A stretch of 64,000 bases of DNA, from the UHGV virus genome UHGV-1440165. One strand, 5' to 3'. Shown in pieces: positions 44,469 through 54,514 of this stretch (within the stretch, counting starts at the first letter, position 1; each line of letters opens with the position of its first letter). Position numbers and translations under genes: made by a program. The notes beneath the pieces are model-generated. The model did not search any database, was not told the origin of the DNA, and was given only the letters and a program-made list of their open reading frames with translations. The stretch comes from a virus.

Positions 44469-46079
44469 ATGTTAGACAAAATGAAATGGTTTTATGGCAC
44501 GGTTGAAGACGTCAACGATCCGGACCAAAACGGGCGCGTGGCCGTCCGCATCTATGGCGTACACACAGACGATCCAGTCCTCCTGCCTACCGATAAACTC
44601 CCATGGGCGAAGGTGTTAATGCCTGCATCGAATGCCTCCTCGGCTGGTTTAGGCTGGTCACCGACTGGTATTATCGTTGGCACTGAGGTCATGGGGTTCG
44701 CCCTGGACGATGCGTATCAGAATCTGCGTATCACTTGGACATGGCCGGGGGCTTCTCCTACCGATGGGGCAGACACAAACCCGCTGGCTCTGGGGCAGGT
44801 TGTGCAATCTGTCGAACGTCAGGCGTACAATGCTGTGACGGACGTGCCTGTGAAGGAAGAAGACACACCGCCACCGGACCCCCAGCCTCCTGTTGGTGGA
44901 TATGATCCTGAAAAATGGATGACTATCGCTCGTGGTGAATTGGGTGTCAAAGAGTACGCTGGCAAGTTCAATAACAACCCACGAATCGTTGAGTACCACA
45001 AGACCACCTCCCTCGGCGCATCTGAAGATGAGGTGTCATGGTGTGCGGCGTTCGTCGGTTGGGTTATGCTCAAGGCCGGATTTACGTCTACGCGCTCTGC
45101 TCTTGCCCGATCATACCTGACATGGGGTAGTCCACTGTCAGGACCACAATATGGCGCTATCGTAGTGTTCCGGCGCGGGAACAACCCTACGTTCGGTCAC
45201 GTGGCGTTTGTACAGAAGTTCGATGCCAACTATGTGTGGTGTCTTGGTGGCAACCAGTCTGACTCCGTGAAGGTGAGCCGTTTCAGCCGATCTTCAGTTC
45301 TGGGCTACCGCTGGCCGGGTCCGACTAACACTACCGCAGCAGCCCCAGCACAACAGAACGGGAAGTGGTCTGAACCTATCCCAGACCGTACTCCAAAAGA
45401 GCAGACGACTCCGCCTCCTTCCGGGCGTGTGCAGGATATTGACAACACTGGCGAGACTATGGTTCCGGCAGCGGGTGGTTCCAAATATCCGTACAACAAT
45501 GTCATGGCTTCACGTGCGGGGCACATCATGGAAGTGGACGACACTCCTGGTGGTGAACGTCTCCACTGGATGCACATGTCAGGCTCGTACAAGCAGATGC
45601 TGCCGGACGGGGATGTTGTCAACAAGTCGGTCAAAGACCACTATGACCTGACTATGTTCAACAAACGCTATTATGTTGGCGGCGATCACAACCTGACTAT
45701 CAAAGGGACTGAGGTGCAGCGCAAGAACGGTGAAGTCTATCACCTGCACTCCAGCAATTACTCAAATGTGGTTGCAGGCACGGCGCTATTAAAGTTCAGC
45801 GATCTGGTCGAAATGCAGGCACAGAAGATCTTGCGTATCATCTGTGAGACTCTTGAAGTTGGCGGTGTTCTGAAAGTTCCTAAGCTGCTGGTCACAGAGA
45901 TCATCGCCGATAAACTGACGGTGGCACAGACAATCAACGGCAACATCATATATGCTGAAGGTGCTGGTCGTGCTTCTTCTCTGTCGGGTGCAACCCCGGC
46001 CAGCCCTACGGGTCCGGGTGAGATAGATATCAAGGCAGAGCTAAAAGACAATGGTGGTAATTTCTCCTCAGGGGAATAA
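44469..46079 (+). CDS. 5: Baseplate central spike (gp5-like) with CHAP/NlpC-P60-type peptidase domain
   Basis: N-terminus WFYGTVEDVNDPDQNGRVAVRIYGVHT matches the gp5 OB domain; middle has a Cys/His pair (SWCAAFVGW ... FGHVAFV); C-terminal beta-helix-like repeats. Confidence 0.75.
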   Translation: MLDKMKWFYGTVEDVNDPDQNGRVAVRIYGVHTDDPVLLPTDKLPWAKVLMPASNASSAGLGWSPTGIIVGTEVMGFALDDAYQNLRITWTWPGASPTDGADTNPLALGQVVQSVERQAYNAVTDVPVKEEDTPPPDPQPPVGGYDPEKWMTIARGELGVKEYAGKFNNNPRIVEYHKTTSLGASEDEVSWCAAFVGWVMLKAGFTSTRSALARSYLTWGSPLSGPQYGAIVVFRRGNNPTFGHVAFVQKFDANYVWCLGGNQSDSVKVSRFSRSSVLGYRWPGPTNTTAAAPAQQNGKWSEPIPDRTPKEQTTPPPSGRVQDIDNTGETMVPAAGGSKYPYNNVMASRAGHIMEVDDTPGGERLHWMHMSGSYKQMLPDGDVVNKSVKDHYDLTMFNKRYYVGGDHNLTIKGTEVQRKNGEVYHLHSSNYSNVVAGTALLKFSDLVEMQAQKILRIICETLEVGGVLKVPKLLVTEIIADKLTVAQTINGNIIYAEGAGRASSLSGATPASPTGPGEIDIKAELKDNGGNFSSGE

Positions 46080-46096
46080 CCTGGTATAGTTTAGCG

Positions 46097-46121
46097 GCAG
46101 AGAGGCAGCACGTCTCTCTGC
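46097..46121 (+). terminator. Hairpin after gp5 (terminator candidate)
   Basis: 8-bp stem gcagagag / ctctctgc with a 9-nt loop; weak T tract. Confidence 0.4.
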
Positions 46122-46151
46122 TCCTTCTAGGCATCCTCAGGGGGTGTGTAA

Positions 46152-46532
46152 ATGAAAGAGTACAAAGATGTCGATCTGAAGTTTGGGATGCACCCGGTCA
46201 CCAAGGACGTCACCATGAAGTCTGGGGTGTATGCTGTGCTTCAATCCGTGAGGAATATCACGATGTCCGCTGTTGGTGACTGGCCGACATATCCTGGTAT
46301 CGGTGCAGGGCTTTACGGTCTTCTGGGTGAGAACACGAACCCGACGATTCAGGTGGACGTGGCGAAGAAAGTAGAGGACGCCATTGCCCTGTATGAGCCT
46401 CGAGCAGAGGTGGATGATGTGAGCGTGTCCCTGTCAGATGATTATCATTCTCTGGGCGTGACCATCAGATTCTATGTGGTCAACAACCCAGAGCCGATAA
46501 CAGACACAGTCTGGTTGAAGCGGACGAACTGA
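46152..46532 (+). CDS. 25: Baseplate wedge protein (gp25/GPW-like)
   Basis: 126 aa; GPW/gp25-family pattern (AVGDWPTYPGIGAGLYGLLGE). Confidence 0.6.
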   Translation: MKEYKDVDLKFGMHPVTKDVTMKSGVYAVLQSVRNITMSAVGDWPTYPGIGAGLYGLLGENTNPTIQVDVAKKVEDAIALYEPRAEVDDVSVSLSDDYHSLGVTIRFYVVNNPEPITDTVWLKRTN

Positions 46533-46922
46533 TTAACTGGCGTTGGGTGGTGTGAACATAGGCTTCAGGACGATAGTCATTTTGAAACCCACCAACAACG
46601 CAAATCTGTACTTCACGCCATCCTCCCGGAATTCGTGTGCGACTGGTTCTAAGAACAGGTCATATTTCTGAAGATCGACTGGCTTGTCAATCATGAACCT
46701 CATCATCATTGACGATTCTCTTGGCTTGAAATTCTCCGTGCGATTGAAATCAAATGCCCAGTATTCACTGTCATCAATCGCACATGAGACTCCCTTCCCA
46801 ACTTTCTTCCCACCCTCGTACACTGGGATTGTTTCCCCGGCGGCCAAGAGTTGGTGCAGAACACGGAAAGTGTTCAATTCTGATCTTGGAAGAATAAACT
46901 TCGCGTCAAGAGGATAGTTCAT
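46533..46922 (-). CDS. Hypothetical protein
   Basis: Internal Met start MNYPLDAKF...; ORF-track N-terminus is Arg/Pro-rich and overlaps the upstream gene. Confidence 0.4.
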   Translation of the reverse strand: MNYPLDAKFILPRSELNTFRVLHQLLAAGETIPVYEGGKKVGKGVSCAIDDSEYWAFDFNRTENFKPRESSMMMRFMIDKPVDLQKYDLFLEPVAHEFREDGVKYRFALLVGFKMTIVLKPMFTPPNAS

Positions 46923-46927
46923 GATGG

Positions 46928-47389
46928 TTACTCCGCGAGGGTGATCACAACCATATTTAAGACAGTGTCGACAGCGCGGCCTGTTTCCTCTTCGTGGAGG
47001 GTTTCGGCGCGGAGGTGAACGTCGGTGATGAAATTGTCTATGTGCATTGACGTCAGGTACGGGCGGTGCTGACATACAGGTCGATTAATCAGAACGTATT
47101 CGCGCAGAATGCCAAAATCTTTCTGCGAGCACCCGGTGGTATCGATGCGCAGGAAGCGCTCATTGTGACTCGTCTTTAGTTCAGTCACTTTGCCGAGGTA
47201 GACCAGAGGTCCATTGAGACCGATACGGAACATGACATCAACCACAGACTTGAAGATTTCGCGTTCAATCAGTGCGGTGGGTGACCAGCAGATCTCTTCT
47301 TTGTCGTCGGCGTACAGGGTGTCGATCACCAGAGGGAGCTGAATGTAACCGAAGTTGTGCAGTGGGTTGGTGAGTACTTTGTTTGTCAT
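46928..47389 (-). CDS. Hypothetical protein
   Basis: 153 aa; leader AAGGAACTATATC before ATG. Confidence 0.45.
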   Translation of the reverse strand: MTNKVLTNPLHNFGYIQLPLVIDTLYADDKEEICWSPTALIEREIFKSVVDVMFRIGLNGPLVYLGKVTELKTSHNERFLRIDTTGCSQKDFGILREYVLINRPVCQHRPYLTSMHIDNFITDVHLRAETLHEEETGRAVDTVLNMVVITLAE

Positions 47390-47400
47390 GATATAGTTCC

Positions 47401-47634
47401 TTATTTCACATATTCAAGGGCTTTGGACAGGCCAAAGCGAAGACGTTCACGAGCAACCTTCAATTCCTCTCGGTCTTCCCCTTTGTTGTCGTGGTTCATG
47501 ATAATTTGGTAGTTAACCGCCGCACGAAGGGCACGGAGTTCCCCCACCCAGTAGGCTTTGTCGGCAGCACAGCCTTTCTTGGCAACTTTGGCGTGATAAG
47601 TCATTGAGGCATTGTAGACTTCGGAGTCTGTCAT
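47401..47634 (-). CDS. Hypothetical protein
   Basis: ATG 47634 with leader AGGAACTACACC; ORF-track start is a TTG extension. Confidence 0.4.
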   Translation of the reverse strand: MTDSEVYNASMTYHAKVAKKGCAADKAYWVGELRALRAAVNYQIIMNHDNKGEDREELKVARERLRFGLSKALEYVK

Positions 47635-47712
47635 GGTGTAGTTCCTGCTGTTCAATTTGTGGCGAATGCCAATGAATTACTGGGAAGTATAGGGGAGGGT
47701 GTTTCAAAAGTA

Positions 47713-47733
47713 AAGCCCCTCATTGAGGGGCTT
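47713..47733 (-). terminator. Terminator hairpin
   Basis: aagcccctc-att-gaggggctt stem-loop. Confidence 0.55.
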
Positions 47734-47740
47734 TGGCAGA

Positions 47741-47965
47741 TCAGCGTTTGAGGCTGGCGGCGAGTCCACTAACGTCGGTCACGGTCTGGTCAGCGAGGAC
47801 GATAACAGGCATCGACATGCGCTGCTTACCCGTCAACTTCTGAAGTTCTTCCAGCTGATAATCCTTGTCCAGCTTCAGAATCTTGTGGTCCAGCCCTTTC
47901 ATCTTGCACAGATTTTCAGCTGTAACACACTGCGCGCAACCTTGTTTAGAGTAGATCGTAATCAT
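47741..47965 (-). CDS. nrdC: Glutaredoxin/thioredoxin-like redoxin (NrdC/NrdH-like)
   Basis: 74 aa; N-terminal MITIYSKQGCAQCV (CxxC); adjacent to nrdB. Confidence 0.65.
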   Translation of the reverse strand: MITIYSKQGCAQCVTAENLCKMKGLDHKILKLDKDYQLEELQKLTGKQRMSMPVIVLADQTVTDVSGLAASLKR

Positions 47966-47974
47966 TTCTCACCT

Positions 47975-49078
47975 TTAAGCGAATTTGAGACCGTCGGATA
48001 CTGAACCAGTCAGTACACCCATCAGATAATCAGGAGCTTCCGCTTCCTGCAACGCGTACTGCATTGTCTTATTATTTAGCCACTCGTTGATCCATGGCAC
48101 TGGGCATTCCTTACGTGGTTCCCCAGGATATGGGTGTCCGATAGCGCCCATGCGGTGGGTGAGCAACCAGTCTACCATATGGTGTAGGATCTTCGCGTTC
48201 AGGCCAAGCATGGAGCCGTCCTGGAACAGATAGTCAGCCCATTGCTTCTCCTGATTACCCACGTCCAAGAACATCTGGGTCATCTCACCACGCAGTTCCT
48301 CACGGATGATTTCGAAGTCAGGGTCCATACCAGGCAGGCGGTTCAGCAGAGTCTGGGTAAGGATCAAGTGGTCTTGCTCATCACGGGCGATCTGGCGGAT
48401 GATTTTAGCGTTGCCTTCCATCTTCTTCTGGAACTGCGTGAACGCCCAAGAGCATGCAAAGGACACGTAGAAGCGGATGCCTTCCAGTGTGTTGGCAGCA
48501 AACAGAGCACGCCAGAATGCGCGTTTGGCATTCATAATGTCTTCACGAGTAAAGGCGCGACCAGCCATACGCATACCACTGTAACGAACCATATCGTCAT
48601 AGTGAGTACTAATCTGATGAGCGCAGTCCACGATCTCTGCAACGTCTAACACGTGGTCAAACACGATACCAGGATCGTTCACAGTGTTTCGCAGGATGTG
48701 GGTGTACGACAGGGAGTGAATGGCTTCTTGACGTGTCCACTCAAGGACGGCGAACTGCATTTCAGGGGTAGACGCCCATGGACCAAACGCCTCGAACGGA
48801 GCCGCGCCCTGGATAGAATCCAGCATGGTCTGGCGCTTCAGGTTGCTTTCATAGATGCGCTTTTCAGCAGGTGTGAGTGTTGCATAGTCGGCCTTGTCCT
48901 TAGTGATGTCTACTTCTTCCGGACGCCAGAACTGGCTGAGGCCTTTCTCATACCACTTCTGTACGAATGGCCAAGCTACGATGTCATAGCGCTGAATGCT
49001 CACCGGATCGCCGAAGAACGGCAGGCCAGTGTTGTCAGAGCTTGGGTCGAATACGGAGAATTGTTTCTGTTCGCTCAT
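47975..49078 (-). CDS. nrdB: Ribonucleotide reductase small subunit NrdB (class Ia)
   Basis: 367 aa; ferritin-like di-iron pattern; adjacent to nrdA. Confidence 0.85.
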   Translation of the reverse strand: MSEQKQFSVFDPSSDNTGLPFFGDPVSIQRYDIVAWPFVQKWYEKGLSQFWRPEEVDITKDKADYATLTPAEKRIYESNLKRQTMLDSIQGAAPFEAFGPWASTPEMQFAVLEWTRQEAIHSLSYTHILRNTVNDPGIVFDHVLDVAEIVDCAHQISTHYDDMVRYSGMRMAGRAFTREDIMNAKRAFWRALFAANTLEGIRFYVSFACSWAFTQFQKKMEGNAKIIRQIARDEQDHLILTQTLLNRLPGMDPDFEIIREELRGEMTQMFLDVGNQEKQWADYLFQDGSMLGLNAKILHHMVDWLLTHRMGAIGHPYPGEPRKECPVPWINEWLNNKTMQYALQEAEAPDYLMGVLTGSVSDGLKFA

Positions 49079-49148
49079 GTTTCTTTCCTGATGAATAAGG
49101 GGTGATCTCTCACCCCTGATGATATAACGGTAGCAGGTTTAGACCAAC

Positions 49149-51428
49149 TCAGACAACACAGGTGTCACAAACTTCTTCAGCCTGTTTCAGCTCTTCGTCT
49201 TCCTTGGCGTCCTTGTTCGTGTTGTAATACAGAGTCTTGCCGCCCCACATATAGAAGGACAGGATATCCTGCATCATCTTGGCACGAGGAATTTTGCCAC
49301 CCGGGAACTTCTCTGGGTCATACCAGGTGTTGGTGCTGATGGCCTGGTCAACCCAGCGCTGAATAACAGCAGCGGTCTTCAGGTACTCGATGCATTCCAG
49401 GTCCCACTTCAGGTCATACAGCGGTCCAAGGGTCTCTACATCCGGAACAACCTGCTTGTAAGTGCCGTCCTTGCTACCCTTAATGCTTACCAAGCCCTTC
49501 GGCGGCTCAATGCCGTTCGTTGCGTTGAGGACTTGTGAGGAGCTTTCGGTAGGGGCTACTGCCAGCAGGGTGGCGTTGCGGATACCATAGGTCTTCAGAT
49601 CATCCTTCAGTTCTTCCCAATCCAGACCGTATGCCATGCCTTCCGGCTTCTTACCATTCGGCAGGATATCAAGTGGAAGCGGCTGAAGATCGGCAGTCAC
49701 CTGACCCATACCATGAATGGTCGCACGTTTGCATGCACCGAACTTCATCGCCAGACGGTTGGATGCCTTGACCAGATAGTAGTGTAGGTGCGCCATCCAC
49801 GCATCCAACATCTCGAGACCAGCTGGTGAGCCGTACCCCGTGAAGTTCTTGGCCAGGAAGTGAGCCACGTTCACGATACCAACACCCAGAGGGCGATAGT
49901 CTTCAACAGCTTTACGAGCCTGGATTGCCGGATAGTCTTGATATTCCAACAGCATGTCCAGCGCAGACACCAACACGAACGCCACGTCTTCCATCTCAGT
50001 CGGGTCTTCGAACGCCGTCAGGTTAAAGGAAGCCAGGGTACACAGAGCCACGCGCCCGTTTTCATCGTTGTACTGCTCAAACTCACGGGTCGGCAGGGCG
50101 ATTTCAAGACACAGGTTGGAGCTGTAGATGGTGTCGAGGTTGAATGGGCTGTATTCATTCATGTGATCGACAAATGCGATATAGATGCGGCCTGTGTCTG
50201 AACGCTGGTCTAACAGCATCTGGAACACTTCTTCAGCCTGCAGCTTCTTAGAACGCACCAGACCAGCATCGGCGGCCTTGATCATGTTCTCATACAGAGT
50301 ACGGAACTTGTCAACGTCGGCGAAGTATGCTTCGTACATTTCGCGGTTGTCTTTCGGGTCGAACAGATACAGAGGCTGCTTGGCAACCAGGCGCTCAAAC
50401 ATTACACGATTGATCTGAATACCGTAGTCGATACGACGTTCGCGGTTCTCTTCAGTACCACGGTTGTTCTTCAGAACAACGACGTCATCGAACTGGTAAT
50501 GCCACAGAGGGATATAAGCTGTTGCTGCACCACCACGAATGCCGCCCTGAGAGCACGACTTCAGCGCCCCAGTGAGGTACTTGATGAACGGGATCAGGCC
50601 TGTGTGAACCATCTCTCCGCCGCGAATAGGACTGCCAATCCCACGGATAGCCCCGATGTCGAAGCCGATACCCGCACGTTTGGACACATAGTCAACGATG
50701 GTCTTGGCTGTTGCGTTGATAGAATCCAGGGTGTCACCAGTTTTGATCAACACACAGGAACTGAACTGACGGGTTGGCGTACGAACGCCTGCCATGATCG
50801 GGGTTGGAAGACTGAACTTGCCTGTGCTGGCATATTCATAGAACTTCTTCACCATATCCAGGCGGCTGTCTTTGTCCCAGTTGGAGAACAACGCCATGGC
50901 GATGCCCATGTACATGACCTGTGGGGTTTCATAGAAGATCTTGCTGTCCTTCTTGGAACGGTCACGCAGCAGATACTTCTCTGTCAGCTGGCCCATGGCC
51001 GCCCAGGTGAAGTTCTTGTCACGTTTGTGGTTGATAACATCGTTCAGCTCGTTGAACTCTTCGGTAGTGTAGAGATCAAGGAACTCACGATCATACACGC
51101 GCTGTTTGATGTTCTTGGCGAAGATATCCAGCAGGTGAGGCGGCTTGTACTGGCCATAGGCGCTCTTACGCAGATCATATGACTTCAGACGAGCAGCCAC
51201 ATACTGGTAATTGGGTTTGTCTACGGAGATCAGTGAAGCCGCAGCCTGGATGAGGATATCCTGAATGCGATCTGTTCTCATGTTATCGGTGAACTGGATC
51301 TTCGATGCAGCAATCACCTCTGACATTGATACCCCAGGCAGACCATCACACGCACGGTCTACGACAGTGTGGAGTCTTTCAATATCAAAGGGGACAGAAG
51401 ATCCGTCCCGCTTAATGACGTTAATCAT
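49149..51428 (-). CDS. nrdA: Ribonucleotide reductase large subunit NrdA (class Ia)
   Basis: 759 aa; N-terminal ATP-cone (VIKRDGSSVPFDIERL), catalytic barrel, C-terminal Cys pair (CDTCVV). Confidence 0.9.
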   Translation of the reverse strand: MINVIKRDGSSVPFDIERLHTVVDRACDGLPGVSMSEVIAASKIQFTDNMRTDRIQDILIQAAASLISVDKPNYQYVAARLKSYDLRKSAYGQYKPPHLLDIFAKNIKQRVYDREFLDLYTTEEFNELNDVINHKRDKNFTWAAMGQLTEKYLLRDRSKKDSKIFYETPQVMYMGIAMALFSNWDKDSRLDMVKKFYEYASTGKFSLPTPIMAGVRTPTRQFSSCVLIKTGDTLDSINATAKTIVDYVSKRAGIGFDIGAIRGIGSPIRGGEMVHTGLIPFIKYLTGALKSCSQGGIRGGAATAYIPLWHYQFDDVVVLKNNRGTEENRERRIDYGIQINRVMFERLVAKQPLYLFDPKDNREMYEAYFADVDKFRTLYENMIKAADAGLVRSKKLQAEEVFQMLLDQRSDTGRIYIAFVDHMNEYSPFNLDTIYSSNLCLEIALPTREFEQYNDENGRVALCTLASFNLTAFEDPTEMEDVAFVLVSALDMLLEYQDYPAIQARKAVEDYRPLGVGIVNVAHFLAKNFTGYGSPAGLEMLDAWMAHLHYYLVKASNRLAMKFGACKRATIHGMGQVTADLQPLPLDILPNGKKPEGMAYGLDWEELKDDLKTYGIRNATLLAVAPTESSSQVLNATNGIEPPKGLVSIKGSKDGTYKQVVPDVETLGPLYDLKWDLECIEYLKTAAVIQRWVDQAISTNTWYDPEKFPGGKIPRAKMMQDILSFYMWGGKTLYYNTNKDAKEDEELKQAEEVCDTCVV

Positions 51429-51513
51429 AGCGATCCTCGGTTTGTGTTATAAGCAGGTTTTATTATACGCCGCCCTCGTAGATTGAAGGCGGCGGGGAGT
51501 GTTGATGAGTTAC

Positions 51514-52389
51514 TTAAATGTCGTACAGATCGTTGACTTCCAGCATCAGGCGGGTGAAGTCGCCGCGCCCGTTGCGATCAGACTTGTCGAACTCGATGAT
51601 GCTGAACGGCTGAACCCATTCAGGATATTCATCACCGACGCCAACACCATCGATCTTCAGGGTTCCGGCCTCCAGCTTGGTGTTGAAGTCACGGAAGGAC
51701 TGAACGTACTTCTCAAGAGCACTGTCACGCAGGCGCTTGTTGGGCTGTTTGATGTCACCGTTGACAAAGATGTAAGTCGAATCGGAAGCACGGGTCAGCA
51801 GGTTCTTCAGCTGCTCCATATCGCATTCCTGGGCTTCTTCAATGATCAGGAAGGTGTCATCAAAGGTCATACCCTTGATGGTCTCCAGATCCTGGATCTC
51901 AATGATCCGCTTCTCCCACAGATAGTTGAAGAACCCGTCGCTGCCCGTATCTGTCTTCAGCACCTTCTTCAGAGTCTGAATCAGGGGCATCAGATATGGC
52001 ATCAGCTTTTCGTATGTATCACCGGGGCGGAAGCCTGCAGTCTGGCCTGTTGGCAGCGGAGAGCGCGTGATGACGATCTTGCTGACGACTTTATCGATCA
52101 GGAGCTTGGCGGCGGCTGAGGCACCACAGTATGATTTACCTGTACCAGCAGGACCGATTGCGATGGTGAGGTTTTCTTCAAGAGCAGATTGATAAGCGAG
52201 GTTCTGATTCTCTGAGAGGCCATTGAACGGAGCGATTCTGAAGTCACCTTTGGAGAACTTCATCCAGTCATCTTCTTTCTGGACAGTTTCTTTCCGACGT
52301 GCTGACTTGGTTTTGCCCGCTGGCTTCATACTTACAACTTTGGTGGCAGATTGCATGGGAACCTTCCTATATCTAAGGGGTGTCATCAC
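51514..52389 (-). CDS. phoH: PhoH-like P-loop ATPase
   Basis: Walker A GPAGTGKS, Walker B FLIIEEAQ. Confidence 0.8.
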   Translation of the reverse strand: MMTPLRYRKVPMQSATKVVSMKPAGKTKSARRKETVQKEDDWMKFSKGDFRIAPFNGLSENQNLAYQSALEENLTIAIGPAGTGKSYCGASAAAKLLIDKVVSKIVITRSPLPTGQTAGFRPGDTYEKLMPYLMPLIQTLKKVLKTDTGSDGFFNYLWEKRIIEIQDLETIKGMTFDDTFLIIEEAQECDMEQLKNLLTRASDSTYIFVNGDIKQPNKRLRDSALEKYVQSFRDFNTKLEAGTLKIDGVGVGDEYPEWVQPFSIIEFDKSDRNGRGDFTRLMLEVNDLYDI

Positions 52390-52435
52390 CTTTAATTAAG
52401 GCGACACACCCAGCATACCCGAGGCTTGGATAAAG

Positions 52436-52454
52436 AAAAAGGCCGTTTCCGGCC
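52436..52454 (-). terminator. Rho-independent terminator (minus strand)
   Basis: ggccg-tttc-cggcc hairpin with a T run on the minus strand, just downstream of the endolysin stop. Confidence 0.6.
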
Positions 52455-52460
52455 TTTGAG

Positions 52461-53255
52461 TTAACTGAAGCTTTTGTATGCCGCTGCGAGCTTCGTGTCG
52501 TACTGGTTCTTGGCGTATGCTGGGCCATTGTAGCGCCGCGCAAACTCCGCCCAGTTCTTGTCTTTCAGAGCCTGCCAGAGCTTGGCATCGGCCTTGATGA
52601 ACTTCACGAATGCCAACAGATGAGCGCGTTCGCCTGTCAGGAAGTCATTGAACATCTCCTTGGCGTTGGCATACCCACAGACCTGGCAGTTGAAGCCCAT
52701 GATCTGGAAGAGGCCGTAAGAGGCGCTCTCGTACGCACAATCCTCATCGATGTTGATGGCCGCATGGAGTCGATCCAGTTCTGCGTCGCCGCCCGTGTAC
52801 CCGCCCGCAGCCGGACTGACCAATGTTGGATACATCTGACCCATGGCATTCGCCCGAGCCTGACCGAACTTCGCCATCAGTTTTTTGTACATGATGTGAC
52901 GTTCGAACAACGTTTTTATCTTGCCTGACTTGGTGAAGCCCGTGCCACGGGATTCGACCTGGTTGACCGCCTTCACAGAAGCGAGGTCGACACCCAGCTG
53001 ATTGGCCGCCTCGATAAGGTCGGCCTCAGTCAGGTGATCCTGATGCGCTTCCCCGGCGTTGCGAATGGCATAGGAGGTCTTTGGACCCACGATACCATCA
53101 ATGACAAGCCCCGCACCCGCCTGAACAGTCTTCACAGCGTTCTCTGTTGCCTTACCAAAGATGCCGTCAGCGACGAGAGTGAAGCCGATTTTGTTGAGGC
53201 TATCCTGAAGTGCCTTCACTTCAGTGCCACGGTTGCCAAGTTTTAGAATGGCCAT
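52461..53255 (-). CDS. Endolysin: peptidoglycan-binding domain plus N-acetylmuramidase-like catalytic domain
   Basis: PG_binding_1-like N-terminus (GTEVKALQDSLNKIGF...DGIFGKATENAVKTVQ); ATG 53255 with GGAGG SD. Confidence 0.7.
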   Translation of the reverse strand: MAILKLGNRGTEVKALQDSLNKIGFTLVADGIFGKATENAVKTVQAGAGLVIDGIVGPKTSYAIRNAGEAHQDHLTEADLIEAANQLGVDLASVKAVNQVESRGTGFTKSGKIKTLFERHIMYKKLMAKFGQARANAMGQMYPTLVSPAAGGYTGGDAELDRLHAAINIDEDCAYESASYGLFQIMGFNCQVCGYANAKEMFNDFLTGERAHLLAFVKFIKADAKLWQALKDKNWAEFARRYNGPAYAKNQYDTKLAAAYKSFS

Positions 53256-53314
53256 AAGAAAATACCTCCGCAATGAATGCGAAGGTATTTAAAGTGAAAG
53301 TGAACTACTTGAGA

Positions 53315-53593
53315 TTACATTCCAGATAAGAAGTGCGATATTTTCTCGACCATATGGCGAAGTCGGATATATGCTTCTGCTGCCGAAGGTTCGGATCTCA
53401 ACTCTAGAGGGATCCCGACGATATGAGCCGACCAGCGTTTGGTGGTTTGATGGTATGTTAACAGAACCCCAGAACGCCCCATCTTGATGTCTCGCCCTTC
53501 GACATTCATCAATACAAGCCAGTCATCGTGTCCTAACGATACTTTCAAATCCCATTTAGCCTGCCTGATCAATTCAATGTTAGCCATTTTCAT
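53315..53593 (-). CDS. Hypothetical protein
   Basis: 92-aa ORF. Confidence 0.4.
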   Translation of the reverse strand: MKMANIELIRQAKWDLKVSLGHDDWLVLMNVEGRDIKMGRSGVLLTYHQTTKRWSAHIVGIPLELRSEPSAAEAYIRLRHMVEKISHFLSGM

Positions 53594-53778
53594 CTTGCTA
53601 CCACCACAGGCATGACTTCGTTGAAGGACGTACGAACTTCAGTGTCGTACCCGTATTTTTCCAGGACTGCTAACATCGCCTGCTCGAGTTCCTCTTGGAA
53701 CTGAGGGAAGACTTTGTTCGGAATGCGGTCGGCAACCCAGAGAGCGCCTGAAGAGGCTTGAATGACCACACGGCTCAT
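53590..53778 (-). CDS. Hypothetical protein
   Basis: 62-aa ORF, coupled. Confidence 0.35.
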   Translation of the reverse strand: MSRVVIQASSGALWVADRIPNKVFPQFQEELEQAMLAVLEKYGYDTEVRTSFNEVMPVVVAR

Positions 53779-53975
53779 GCTACTTCCTCCCTCTGGAGTT
53801 TAGCGACAGCAGAGGCGATGTCCATCACTACTTCCTGGGCGTCCTTACAGAAGCCTACTGCCAGCCCGAGGGAGAAATCGAACGCGCTCGGGGAGCTTGA
53901 GTTCACCATGTTCGGGTTCCGGTTGAACAAAGTGAACGCGATATTGTTGATGCACATTTCGTATGCGGTCATCAT
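53775..53975 (-). CDS. Hypothetical protein
   Basis: 66-aa ORF, coupled. Confidence 0.35.
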   Translation of the reverse strand: MMTAYEMCINNIAFTLFNRNPNMVNSSSPSAFDFSLGLAVGFCKDAQEVVMDIASAVAKLQREEVA

Positions 53976-54025
53976 GACCTCCTACCAAAAATCTGAATAA
54001 GGAGGGGAGTTTCCTCCCCTTTCGA

Positions 54026-54514
54026 TTAAGCCAGTTTGCTTACCAGGGTCTGAACGTCTTTGGCGGTCAGTTTACCCATTTTGACGTACTGAGCTTTTGC
54101 TTCGCCACCAGCAGCTTTCACGATGTCGGTGTTGTCGTAGCCCTTCTTAGGGAAGACCATCACAGAGAAGGAACCGTTGTTCAGCGGGTTCAGCTGGATG
54201 CGACCTTTGCCGACTACGATGGTGCCGTAAGTTTCGGTGTTCGCTTCGACAACGTGGATGTCGTGGCCCAGGTCTTTCAGCATGCCAACTTTGTCGGCAG
54301 TCTTAGAAACCACAGCTTTGTCAACCACAACCTGCTCTACCAGGGTGAAGCCGTTAGTCGCTTTCACTTTACCGTTCAGCAGGTTCATGAAGGAAGTCTT
54401 GCCACCAGTGAAGCCAGCTGCCTGAGCGATGCGGAACATTTCAACTTTAGCAACTTCGGTGTTCAGTTCGAAAGAGATGGTGCCGTTGGTGATCAGAGTT
54501 TTGGTAGTAGCCAT
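54026..54514 (-). CDS. Hypothetical protein (possibly abundant virion or nucleoid protein)
   Basis: ATG 54514 (MATTKTL...) with AGGAATTACATC leader; 162 aa, Gly/Lys/Thr-rich. Confidence 0.5.
   Translation of the reverse strand: MATTKTLITNGTISFELNTEVAKVEMFRIAQAAGFTGGKTSFMNLLNGKVKATNGFTLVEQVVVDKAVVSKTADKVGMLKDLGHDIHVVEANTETYGTIVVGKGRIQLNPLNNGSFSVMVFPKKGYDNTDIVKAAGGEAKAQYVKMGKLTAKDVQTLVSKLA

Noticed and set aside
46533-47075. 180-aa ORF with Arg/Pro-rich N-terminus
   Set aside because: The N-terminal 51 residues (RRSPPRRNPPRRGNRPRCRHC) overlap the upstream gene in another frame and look like a translation artefact; the start at 46922 is preferred
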